The notes beneath the pieces are model-generated. The model ran no database searches, was not told the DNA's origin, and saw nothing but the letters and a program-made list of their open reading frames with translations. The position numbers were made by a program, and so were the translations under genes. From positions 9,550,001-9,614,000 of the forward strand of contig NC_087438.1 in assembly GCF_036321535.1 (NCBI RefSeq): a stretch of 64,000 nucleotides of DNA, in the 5' to 3' direction. Shown piece after piece: positions 1 to 11,016 of this stretch. The first letter of the stretch is position 1; every line of letters begins with the position of its first letter. The stretch is from Camelus dromedarius. Its lineage: Eukaryota.

Positions 1-1510
1 ACCAGAGTGGTACTTTTGTAATGATTAATAAACCTACACTGGCACATCACAATCATCCAAAGTCCATAGTTTACACTGGGGTTCACTCTTGGTGTGGTAC
101 GTCTATGGGTTTAGGCAAATGTGTAATGACGTGTATCCATCACTGTGGCATCATACAAAGTATTTTCACGGCCCTAAATTCTTTTGTGCTCTGCCTATTC
201 ACGCCTTCCTTTCCCCCAATCCCTGGTGACCACTGATACTTTCACTGTCTCCATAGTTTTACCTTTGCCAGAACATTATATGGTACGTAGCCTTTTCAGA
301 TTGGCTTCTTTCACTTAGTAATATGCATACATTTAAGTTTCCTCTATGTCTCTTCATGGCTTGATAGCTCATTTCTTTTTAGCGCTGAATAATATTCCAT
401 TGTCAAGATGTACCACAGTTTAGTCACCTACGGAAGGACATCTTTGATGACTCCAAATTTGGGCAATTATGAATAAAGATGCTATGAATATCTGTGTGCA
501 GGTTTTTGTGTGGACATACATTTTCAGCTTCTTTGGGGAAAATATCAAAAAGCATGATTGCTGGATTATAGGGTAAGAGTATGTTTAGTTTTATAAGAAA
601 CTGCAGAACTGTCTTTCAGTGTTGCTGTACCATTTTGCATTCCCACCAGCAGTGAATGAGAGTTCCTATTTCTCCACTTCCCTGTCAGCATTTGATGTTG
701 TCAGTGTTCTGGATTTTGGCCATTGTAATAGATATATAGTGGTATCTCATTGTTATTTTAATTTGCATTTCCCTGATGTCCAATGATGTTGAGCATCTTT
801 TCATGTGTTTATCTGTCATCTGAATATCTTCTTTCGTGAGGTGTCCATCAGAGGCTTGAGGCAATTTTTTAACTGGGTTGTTTGTGTTCTTGTTGTTGAA
901 TTTTAATTCTATGTATATTTTGAACAATGGCCCTTTATCAAATGCATCTTTTGCAAATATTTTCTGTGTGTCGCTTGTCTTCTTATTCTCTTGGTAAGTC
1001 TCTTACAGGGCAGAAGTTTTTCATTTTAGTGAAGACAGCTTATCAATTATTTCTTTCCAAGTTGATGCCTTTGGTAGTCTATCTAAAAAGTCGTTGCTAT
1101 ACCCAAAGTCATTCAGGCTTTCTCCTATCTATTGTCTAAGATTTTTATAGTTTTCTGTTTTATGTTTAGGTCTATGATCCACTTTAATATGATTTTTGAT
1201 GGGTGTGTGAGGCCTGTGTCTAGATTTTTTTCATTTTGCACGTGGATATCTACTTGTCCTAGCGCAATTTGTTGAAAAGTCTGTTTTTATTTTTCTCCAT
1301 TGTATTGCCTTTTCTTCTTTGTCGAAGATCAGTTGACTTTATTTGTAAGGGTCTATTCTGGGGACTGTTCTGTTTCATGTTTTTCTATTTTTCTACACTT
1401 TTTACAATACCACACTGTCATGATTACAGTAGCTTTATAGTGCATCTTGACTTTGAGTAACATCAGTCCTCCAGTTTTGGTCTTCTCCATTGATATTGCA
1501 TTGATTGCTG
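1..1510 (-). mobile_element. Old LINE-1 (L1MC-like) 3' portion: end of ORF2 plus 3'UTR, decayed
   Basis: Minus ORF 685..927 reads HLTKEDIQMTDKHMKRCSTSLDIREMQIKITMRYH..MAKIQNTDNIKC, the typical L1 ORF2 C-terminal region. Bases 1-240 resemble the L1MC 3'UTR. Confidence 0.92.
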
Positions 1511-1514
1511 TTAC

Positions 1515-1755
1515 TCTGTGAAGAGGAGATTAGGACAGAGACATGAATACAGGCCATGTGAGGACCTCAGAAGAAGACTGCCATCTGAAAGCCAAGGAGA
1601 GAGACCTCAAGAGAAGCCAACCCTGATGACACCATAATCTCAGACTGACAGCCGCCACAATTGTGAGAAAATACGTTTCCATTGCATAAGGCACCTGGTT
1701 AAGCCACAAATTCTGTAATACGTGGTTGTTATTACAACACCAGCAAATTAATACA
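1515..1755 (+). mobile_element. MaLR LTR fragment (MLT1A/B-like, 3' half)
   Basis: ccatgtgaggac..gccatctgaaagccaaggagagagacctca..tgtgagaaaata..taataca are typical MLT1 blocks. Confidence 0.8.
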
Positions 1756-2572
1756 TCCCTTTCAGATCAATGCACAAATCTGGAGCTCAGATTGGGAGTG
1801 ATAATCTCCCTCTTAGGTAATTCTTTGAGGCTGCGGCCATAGACATGCCCCTGGGGAACAGCTATGAGGGATCCTATACTTTCTTCTCTCCTTGTAAGTT
1901 AGCATAACTAAACTTTACTGTTACCAGCATCGTGTGTTTGGCGGGCATGGATAATCATGCATCTTGTGCAACAAGATAGACGCTCAATAGACCTTAATTG
2001 AATGAATAGACACATTAAAAAGGTAGTGCAAGAAACTGGAAATTGGATGAGGACATTCTGGTATGTCAAAATTGATCAAGACAATGAATAGGACACTTGT
2101 CATCCCTCCCAAAAGCAACACTTTAGTTACTTGATTTGCTCTATCCTGAAAAAAGACATTTTTGATTTATACATTTAATGAGACCTGCACTGATGCAGAA
2201 GAGCAATCTCTCTGCATCAATTTAAAGAACCTGTTTCACAGGCTAAAACTGAGGGAACTTGAATGCCACACTTATTAGAAATCATAGATAATCCTAATAG
2301 ATAATATAATGGTACTATAATAAATTAGGGCTCTTCAGAAAAGCACAAATCAGATAAAATGCCTCCCATAGGATTACTCAGTGAACAAGGGGAAGTACTG
2401 AATCAAAAATATATAATGAAGTAAATGATATAAACTATAAAAGAACATGTATTATCCATGCTTAATCTGGGACAAGGATATATATTGTAAAGCAGAATAA
2501 TGAACTATTATTAGTTATGAAATTAAATAGAAACAATAATGAGATGTTATAGAAAAATATGAGAGAGAACAA

Positions 2573-3008
2573 AGTCATTGGGATCCCTCAGGAATACACT
2601 CTGCAATGGAGATCTGCGTGAAGAAATTTTATTAAGTACGGTTCTTGGGAGTAACGTCTGAGAAGGAGTGAAGGAAATAAAGATACGCAGTGAGATAAAT
2701 CAAATTGAGATTAAGCTACAATAAAAGCCTTAACTGATCTTGGGGGTGCTATGGAAATAGGATGGTCCTTCGAGTTGTTTCCCACTGACAGAAGGAGTGG
2801 AATTTTCATCTTCTCACAATCACTGGATATAAAATTCCCCTGGAGATGTGTCATAACCTTAGAAGAGGCAGCTCCTTTGAGGGTAAGTTCTCAAGAGGGA
2901 CTCAGATTTGAATCTTTATCAAGTATCACTCTAAGAAAACAGGAGAAATGAGTGCCTTGGTTCTGGGTGGGGGGCGGATCTGGGCGGTGCACCACGTCAC
3001 TCAGCATG
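2573..3008 (-). mobile_element. ERVL LTR (LTR16C-like), 3' LTR of a deleted provirus
   Basis: The reverse complement begins ..gtggtgcaccgcccagatcc..ccaaggcactcatttctcc as in LTR16. A polypurine-tract-like agcaagggatggacca abuts it on the minus strand. Confidence 0.8.
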
Positions 3009-4560
3009 GTCCATCCCTTGCTCTACTAATTGCTGTTTGCTTCATAAACATGTTGACCTCATCAAAGAGTGTCTCCTCCAAGATTCAAATTTGTCCCTTT
3101 CCCTAGAGAAAATTACAAGAGAGAGGAGAGTGGAGTGCTAGTCACAGGGCTGCAGGGAATCCTTACCATCTTTCTCTTCTGTTATCTTCTCTAGACTTCT
3201 TCTTATCTTCACTAGCAATAATCCTGTTCTACATAGCTTAGTGGGTAAATTGACCCATATCTCATTACTGAGAGGTTTGGAGCTACTGGTCATTATGCCT
3301 TTTTCATGTCAGGAGTGCTTCTCCATTGGGAAGGGGCTCTCAAAGCCATCTGGGTGCTAAATATATTCTTTCTGCTCTTATTACTTTATAGCAACCCTAC
3401 CTACTTTTGATACTCAGTCACTACCTCCTACAGAATGCTCATTCCTTCCCTTGCTTGCTAGTCTTTTGGCACAAGAGGCTCAAAGGAATGAGAGGTAGTC
3501 ACTGCACTCTGTTTTGTCAATAGAAGGGATTACCACCACCACCCCACGCCCAGGAGGAACAGCTTTTATTCTACAAAGTGTAAAGGTGTGGGGCTGAGAT
3601 ATACAAACTCCTCAAGAGGGCCACTGGGAATAAGAGCCAATCCAATTTCCATCTTTGGCTCTCATACTATTTATTCTGCCTTTCAGGGACATAGTACCAC
3701 AAAACTGTCACAAATTCAGGGTATGTACTATATTCTGAAAGGAGGATGACACTCAATGATCACAGAATGTCTGCATTTTCAAAAATCTGTTCCAGACTCT
3801 GCTTCTGAATAATGTGATATTTAATAGAACCAGTGGAGGTACCCTCTATCACCCTTGGTCCAATGTAATACTAAATAAGATCCAAATAAATAACCTGTGC
3901 ATGCATATCAAATCATCTGTAAGCCCTCAGGGAGTGGTGCTGGCTCAGGCCCTGTGGGCAGGAAAGATAATACATATGTGAAATATATGTTGGTTCCATT
4001 CAATCCATCACACCCACCTGTTTGCTTGCAAGGTCAGTGCAGGAGTGCCAGCCTTTACAGGCAGAGATGGGCCACTTCTACAGGTCCAGAACAGTCAAGA
4101 AAAACTAGGGATTCAAGGTTGTCAGGTGCATCAACACAGATGTCTGTTATCTCAGATCTCAGTGTCCCATATTTATCTGATTTGTTATTCTTGGTATAGC
4201 AGACTTCATGAGGTGGAAATTTTAACATTCTCTAGAGCCCTGGTACCCTTATCATTAAGTTCTGGGACTGATCCTTAGCTTTTTCTGCCCTTGGTTTCCA
4301 GAAGGTGAGATTTTTATGTTTCCAAGGGGGCTATGTGAATTTCACACTGAAGCCCAAATGGATAATTAATTACCTTAAGTGTTTAATTTTTTCTCTGATA
4401 CACCAATAGCACTCAGCAGGAGCCATTCTTTTCCATAGTTCTATTATTATTAATTATCCTAAACGTTTCAAGTTCCTGTCCCAAAAAACACTACATTCCT
4501 TTTGACTGCACTCCATCCCAATTCAATGCTGTTGAAAGTTTTACCATTTCACCACTATAT
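3009..4560 (-). mobile_element. ERVL internal remnant (ERV3-16A3-like) with an integrase fragment
   Basis: Minus strand ~3897-4000 translates (with frameshift and stops) as GTNIYFTYV..FPAHRA*ASTTP*GLTDDLICMH, resembling the ERVL integrase segment GIDTYSGYGFAFPAHNASAKTTIHGLTECLIH. It lies between two related LTRs. Confidence 0.72.
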
Positions 4561-4859
4561 ACAACAGTTACAAAAGAGGCCTCAGCCTGTCCCATGGAAA
4601 GCTCTGCAGCTGAGATGGCCCTTAAGAGATGTCTCAATTAAAGAAAGAGGGCCAGGACAGGAACTGCTCACATCACTGAGCCATTCCATGTGGACTTCCC
4701 TGTGGGATTGCACATAACCTCCATGAGGACATTCCTCTCAGCTGCAAGCAGTCCTGACTAGGGGCTGAGCTGTGAGCTACTGGCAAGAAACACTCTTAGG
4801 GTGGGGGAAATGAGTGCCTTGGAATCTGGAATCTACAGTGCACCACTGCATGCCCTGTA
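4561..4859 (-). mobile_element. ERVL LTR (LTR16-like), partial 5' LTR
   Basis: Shares gaaatgagtgccttgg..tctg..gtgcaccac and cataacct blocks with the LTR at 2573-3008, in the same orientation. Confidence 0.75.
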
Positions 4860-5407
4860 TGACGTTATTGGTAAATATGCATGAGACTAAAATCCACAAC
4901 GAGGCTAAATCAATTTAGAACTGCAACAGAATGAGTAATCTGTGGGAAAATGTGTCCCACAAGCAGTTTGGAACAGTAACAGTGGTAATACTAACCTAAA
5001 AACAATAGATAATAAGTTTCTGTAAAGTCTTACAAGATGTTGAAGCAGACTATCTCACACTTTAAAGAATATCCTATTGGAAGAAATCTTATGTGGTGAT
5101 AAAAAGAAATTCAACAGTTCCACATATGAAATTACGAGGTAAAGGAGTCCTTTTAAAAAGTCTTTATTTTATAATTAAACCCTACTCATTCATCTCAATT
5201 CCCCTAGAATATATTTTTTGAAAAGGGTGGGTTAATTCTCTCTTTGTACCTCTGCCCAAAGGGTCATTAATTTTTCTAAGGTGGTAATCAAAGGAAAGTA
5301 TTACTAAAGAAAATTACTCATATCAGAATGTAAAAGTATTAAAAATAACCTGTGCATATGTAAAGTATATAACAGGAAATGACATTCATACAAACAATAG
5401 ACGTCCA

Positions 5408-5520
5408 CTAGATTGTGAGTTCTTGGAGAGCAGGGATCATGTCTTATTCATTGATATATACCAAATACCTGCCACAACACATTGCAAAGAAAAATGCTTG
5501 ATAAAAATTTTATGACTGAG
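5408..5520 (+). mobile_element. L2 3' end fragment
   Basis: ctagattgtgagttcttggagagcagggatcatgtcttattc resembles the L2 3' tail. Confidence 0.6.
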
Positions 5521-5933
5521 GGAGCCGATTAAGAAATTGATGAATATAAAATCTGTCCTTACGCTCAAAATTCACATCAAGTGTCTAGCAAGTGATTTGT
5601 CTGAGGTTGACTGAGACATGTTTTGAATAAAGTTGTGAACATAAAAAGTATCCTCACATCCTTTAATCACAGGAATTACGTAGTTTACTAAAGGAAATTT
5701 AAAGTTCTTTTCCTAAAAATCGGTACATAGTAGCCCTGTGTTAGCCAATACTATTCAAGCAGCATGAACTGGTTGAGGATGAATTACATGACAAGTTGCT
5801 GCTCGATGCTAGGATGCAGGATAAATAATACACAATTCCTTCCTCGAAGGAATCTATAGTTTTCAACTGATGGTAGCATTCATGTGAAATCTAGTTATGA
5901 TCAGGCAAAATAACATAAGAATGAAGTAGAAGT

Positions 5934-6720
5934 ATGTGGTTGAGTTTGACAATTCCCTACTCAGCTACCATTTTTCCCTCCTTGAGTAACAGAATCAATT
6001 TTTAGCTGGATACATAACCCTCGAGAGTAATTGTTCCCCAGACTCCTTTGTTCATGCAGGAGCCATGTATTACAGGCTGAATGTTTGTGTCCACTGTAAA
6101 ATTCATACTTTGAAGTCCTAACCCCCCATATGATGGTATCAGGAAGTGGGGCCTGAAGGAGGTGATTAGGTCATGAGAGTTGAGTACTCCTTAGTTCCCT
6201 TATAAGAGACCCCAGAGAGCTCTCTCACTCCTTAGACCCTGTGAAGACACAGTGAGATGATGGCTGTCTGTGAACCAGCAAAAGAGTTCTTGCCAGACGC
6301 CAAATCTGCCAGCTCCTTTGTCTTGAACTTCTCAGCCTCCAGAACTCTGAGGAATAAATGTCTTTTGTTCAACAATCTCAGGTTATGGTATTTTTGTGAT
6401 AGCAGCCAAGCTAAGACACCATGTGACCGATCTCTGATAGATGGAGTATAACCAAGGTTTCTGAGAGAAGTCCAGGAAAGTCTCTTTAAAAAGAGCCAAA
6501 TCCTTAGAATAGGGACGTAATGACCAGAGTTCCAGAAGCCATCCTGTACCATGAGGGAACGTTGAAGAAGGAAGCCTCATGCTGAGTCTCTGATGGTTAA
6601 AGCAACCACACTATCAGTGTGGAAAGAAAGAAACTTCTCTCATTCTTAAGCCACTTTATCTTGTTTAGATTTGTTTGTATACTCTATTAAGTAAAGGCAA
6701 ACATAAATCTAGTGGATACT
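5934..6720 (+). mobile_element. Old MLT1 (H/I/J-like) LTR interrupted by a younger MLT1A0
   Basis: cttgagtaacagaatcaatttttagctgg..ccatg|tgacc..gccatcctgtaccatgaggg..ttaagccact; the sequence is continuous once 6068-6423 is removed. Confidence 0.6.
6068..6418 (+). mobile_element. Full-length MLT1A0-like solo LTR with 5-bp TSD CCATG
   Basis: ctgaatgtttgtgtcc..aaaattcata..ggaggtgattaggtcatgag..cagcctccagaactctgag..ctaagaca. CCATG sits at 6063-6067 and 6419-6423. Confidence 0.9.
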
Positions 6721-7556
6721 AGAGAAATGAAAAAGCAGTAACTTATTCTTATAGGAGAATTGGGAGTTTTAGGGAGGAGGTATCTTTTGAGCTAGACCTG
6801 AGAGAATGAGAAAGAAGTTGTCCTTCTGTAAGTCCTGAACTCAGCTTTTATCACTGGCATGAAAAATATTAGCGATGTATATGAAAATATTTGTGCACAA
6901 TCAATTCCAATGGAATAGTCAGGAATAAGTTATATTTATTGAAGTTCAGTTGTTCCAGGCTTCCTACTTAGTTATGTCTATATTCAAAAGTATCCTTTGA
7001 ATCTCTGAAATGAAAGCCATAATTTATTTGCCTATGAAAGGCAAAATTATTCAACTCAGATCACAATTTTAAAAGCATGCTTTAAAAAAACACACAACAG
7101 CCACTTACGCTTTCAAAACAATTAATTTTGAAAGCAGAAATGTATAAATGCGTGTGTTTTCACGTATACAGAAAATGACCTACTTCGATACCGTTAAATA
7201 TAGAGCACATTATTTTGGTATCATATTAAATATAAAAAGATATGGCACAGAGCCTCCTGCAGATACCAGTGCAAAACCAACAGAAAAGTTTATGAAAAAC
7301 CTGTTCACTCCATTGACAGTTATTTGTAGACTACAGCAATTTTTGCAAAGTAGGTTACTGCCTTCCTTGATGAATATATAGGTTGACATGCATTCCTGGA
7401 AAGAGTGGATATGGGGTTTGAGAGAAGGGGGAAGGAGAATACTGAGGAGCTATTGCAAATTATAAAATATCTAACCTAAATGTGTTCTTGGAGAGAGCCC
7501 TGAGGTGAATATTTTAGTAAAGCAAATAATGTTTCTGTAATTTTTTAAAATTGTTT

Positions 7557-8014
7557 CTATCAAAAACTATGAACAGAGTCTGAGGGCTACCTTACTTGCA
7601 TGCTAACAAGTTGCAAGGTAACCAGCTTCCTTGAGACTGCTGGAAGAATAGAGACTCCTGGGTCAGAGATAAAGGGCAGTCATGGCACTGCAAGCAACCT
7701 GAGCTTCGTGCTCACGTACACTTCTCCTGTCCCCTGAATCCCATCGAGGCAATGCAGAAAGGCACAGGAGAATGCTGCACACGCAATAGGTTGGTGACCC
7801 AGAACGTGAATATTTTATAAAGAACTGCAAGGAAGCTTTCCCGACCTTGGCCAAAGAGGAACATACTGGAAAGTAAGCAAATCTGCTCTTTGCTGTGGAG
7901 AGAGACGGTACCTCCATTTTCCAAGGCTATACAGACGTTTTTAAGAAGATAGGCAGCACTTCTGATTACAAGAGTGCAGAAGCATGAGAAACCCCGGGAA
8001 AGTTGTCTCTCAGA
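7557..8014 (-). mobile_element. ERVL-type solo LTR (LTR40-like)
   Basis: The reverse complement has gagacaactttccc..tttctcatgcttctgcac..ccttggaaaatggag..tctctgacccaggagtctc..acttgttagcatgcaagtaaggtag..ctcagac, matching LTR40 as remembered. Confidence 0.7.
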
Positions 8015-8039
8015 GAAGTACATTCCTCTTTGAGCAACA

Positions 8040-9350
8040 AACCAAAAGCCAATACTGTGGGAGATGAGTCAGGCTGGCAAGTATAAGGAATTGAAAGGGG
8101 GCCAGGAGATCTGTATCTGCAGCCAGCGAAGGAGGAAGAGGAAGCACAGAATAAGACAAAGTTAGAGAAAGAAGCAAGAAGTGGATTATACTGGGACTTT
8201 TAATCCATGCATAGAAAGTGGGTTTTATTCTGAAGACAAAGGGAATCATTGAATATTTTCAAGCAAGGGAAGATCACGCTCTGCAATGTAATTTATATTT
8301 TTTAAATATTACATCTTAAAATATTACAGGTATTGGTCAAAGGGTCAAAGTTCCAGTTATTCAAGATGAAATTAAGTCCTAGTGATCTGCTATACAGCAT
8401 AGGGCCCATAGTTAACAATACTGTATAATATATTTTAAACATTGCTAAGAGAGAAGATCTTATGTTAAGTGTTCTTGTTACAAAATAATAAAAAAAAAAT
8501 ACAAAGGGTGGAAGGAAACTTTTGGAAGTAATGGGGGAAAAAAATCTCATTGGCCCCGGTTTTAGGAATGTTCATATGGAAGGAGCAAGAAAAAGAGTAG
8601 CCACAGGTAGATCACTTATGAGGAAACAAAATGATGGAGACAAGGACTAGCGTGGCGGTGGGGGAGATGGAAAGATGGGAACGAAGTCTGTGTCTGTTCT
8701 GAAGATAGAAATGATAGAACTTAGTGATGAACTGGGTGTGAAGCACTGACTAAGAAGAATGAAGCAATAATCGTGCTTAGTTTATTGCCTTGATTAAGTG
8801 TTGCAGACGATAATGACTTTGACTTGAGTGAGTGAAAGAACAAGGATCGTGGAAGGGATGGTGGGAACTAAGAGCTCTGTTTTGGAAATGTTAAGTTGGA
8901 AATTCCCATTATGCTTTTAAGGGAAGATTTTTAGATGGACAGTTGGATACATAAGACAGATCAAGGGCTGGATTTGGGCAGAAGATACGTACATATTTGG
9001 AAGTCATAGTAATATGGCATGTAAAGACACAAGAATAAATGAGGACACTATATACAGAAAAGAATAGAGTGGAATGCTGTGGCAAAGAGATTGACATGAT
9101 CAGATAAGACAGGATAGCAAGACAAAAGAGCAAGAGAAGGGGCCTCAAATTAGGTAAATCGATATTCAAGTTAGTGTGGTGTCATAGGAGCAGAGAAGAG
9201 AATATTTCAAAAAGCCATGTCAAAAGCTTCTGAAAAGTCAAGTAACACAAAGACAGAGAAGTGTCCACTAGATTTAGCAGCATGGAGTTTTTTGATGATC
9301 TGACCAAGAATGGTTTCACTGGAAGCCAAAGATACATTAAAAGTGGATTT
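8040..9350 (-). mobile_element. L2 LINE fragment, interrupted by an L1MA piece
   Basis: Purine-rich antisense L2 text (ggacagttggatacataag..tttggaagtcatag..gaagtgtccactagatttagcagcatggag). Confidence 0.7.
8330..8535 (+). mobile_element. L1MA (L1MA9-like) 3'UTR fragment
   Basis: ggtcaaagggt..gatctgctatacagcatagg..catagttaacaatactgtat..ttgctaagagagaagatctta..gaaacttttggaagtaatgg. Confidence 0.8.
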
Positions 9351-9409
9351 AAGTTTTACCACCACCAGAAATGATAACAACATTATAGAATAACCATATT
9401 ATTTGCATT

Positions 9410-9497
9410 AAATTAGCTAATACTCCAGTGGCAATCATATTGCAATATAAATGTATCAAGTCAATGTTATATGTCAATTCTATCTCAATTTTAAAAA
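9410..9497 (+). mobile_element. Laurasiatherian L1 extreme 3' end
   Basis: gtggcaatcatattgcaatataaatgtatcaagtcaatgttatatgtcaattctatctcaat followed by an A-rich tail. A related piece lies at 16945-17062. Confidence 0.65.
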
Positions 9498-10409
9498 GTG
9501 AGAATTTTGATAAAGTTTAAAATTGAGCATGCATTCAAAGGTATTTTCTTTCAGTACGTTATAGAATACTGCTTACTGTAACATAGTCCCATCTGCTTTA
9601 TCACTAAACTGAGAGATCTTGGAGGACAGACGCAGTGACTTGCACCTTGGTATCAAGGATATGCAATGTGCATTTAATAAAGATTTAGAACAAACTGGCG
9701 TAGATTGAGGAGGAAACAATAATAGGTGAGGACTGAAGAATGGTAAGCATAGTTAACTCCTTTCCAGAGATCTGTTCTGGCACACAACAGAGATGTAGGG
9801 CTAGAGGAGTCTATGAGGTCAAAAAATCTGTTTTTAATGGGAGATGGTAGAGCATATTTCATATTAATGGGAAAGAACCAGAAAAGACTGTGATGCTGGG
9901 GCCCAGTGTGGAGGTCAGTCTTTGGAAAGGCAAAGAGGGCAAGTGGAGAAATTTATGTTCCTGCAGCTCAAAGGTAATTGTTCCACAAAATAGGAGGGTA
10001 AATGTAAAATCTATGCATAGGAGAAATTATATATGAAGCTTTGGCAGAAACGGAAAGAGGTTCTACTCTAATGTAACTTCTGTTTTCTCAATGAAGTATT
10101 GTTCCTCACATTTTTTCTTAATGAAGTGTCTTATTTTCTCAGTGAAAAGTGGAGGTCAGGAGTTGAACATGTGGATGAGGGAGGCATAGGGACCGGAGAG
10201 GGTAGGTAGACTGAAAAAAAGAAAAGAGAGTGAGGGAAAATGAACCTCCTAGCAAGAATAACTCTTTTGGGAGGTTATGATTTTGTTTGTTCCTACAGAA
10301 TGAACATGGGTCTAAGAAGGTTGTGACTAGAGAGCAGGAAGAGAGCTCAGGTCAAACTGAGGAGGAATTAGAAGGGCTTGATAATATACGTCTAGTTCAC
10401 AAGCCTGCT

Positions 10410-10590
10410 TGTGTTAGGTGCCTAATGTGTATTCTTTTAATTCCCAAAAATCATGAGGAAATTATGATTTTCCCATTTTACAGTTGGAAAAAAACAAGGC
10501 TCAAAGGTGTAACACAGCTTTCTTAAGGTTAACCACAACCAATAAATAAGCAGAATTTAGATTCAAGATTAAGTCTGACTCAAAAGCTCA
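10410..10590 (-). mobile_element. MIR SINE
   Basis: MIR core: cccattttacagttggaaaaaaacaaggctcaaagg..attcaagattaagtctgactcaaaagc. Confidence 0.75.
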
Positions 10591-10983
10591 CATTCTCCTC
10601 CCAGCAGTGGGAAGCCATCAGAGACCTTAATTTGAAAAAGGTATGCAAAGAGATCTCTGTTTCAGGAAGACAATTTTTAGAAAAGTGGATAAATTGAAGG
10701 GACAGAGACAAGAGGGAACAACCAAGCAGCTTGGAGGGTATTGCAATTGGTCGGCTATGCGCTGAGGGTGCTCTCCCCAGCATCTACCTATTCACTCCCT
10801 CTCTGCCACATCAATTTGCTTCTATTCTGCTATGGATGGTTGTTAAAAAAAAAAAAAAAAAGGAGACGTTAATGCCATCTCTCTTGCTTCTCTCTTCACC
10901 TTCTCCCCCCAGCTTCAGAGCAAGTGGGGGTGGGGCAGTGAAGAGGGGAAAGATAGGAGGCGAGGACTTACAAAGTGCAAAGG

Positions 10984-11016
10984 CACGCTCAGTCACGCTC
11001 AGTCACGCTCAGTCAC
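10984..11016. repeat. 10-bp tandem repeat (CACGCTCAGT) x3.3
   Basis: Directly visible: cacgctcagt cacgctcagt cacgctcagt cac. Confidence 0.95.

Noticed and set aside
685..927. 80-aa ORF (and the ORF at 38443..38667) as host genes
   Set aside because: Both are decayed L1 ORF2 C-terminal fragments.
10984..11016. CRISPR-like array
   Set aside because: Contiguous 10-bp units without spacers in mammalian DNA, with no cas genes.
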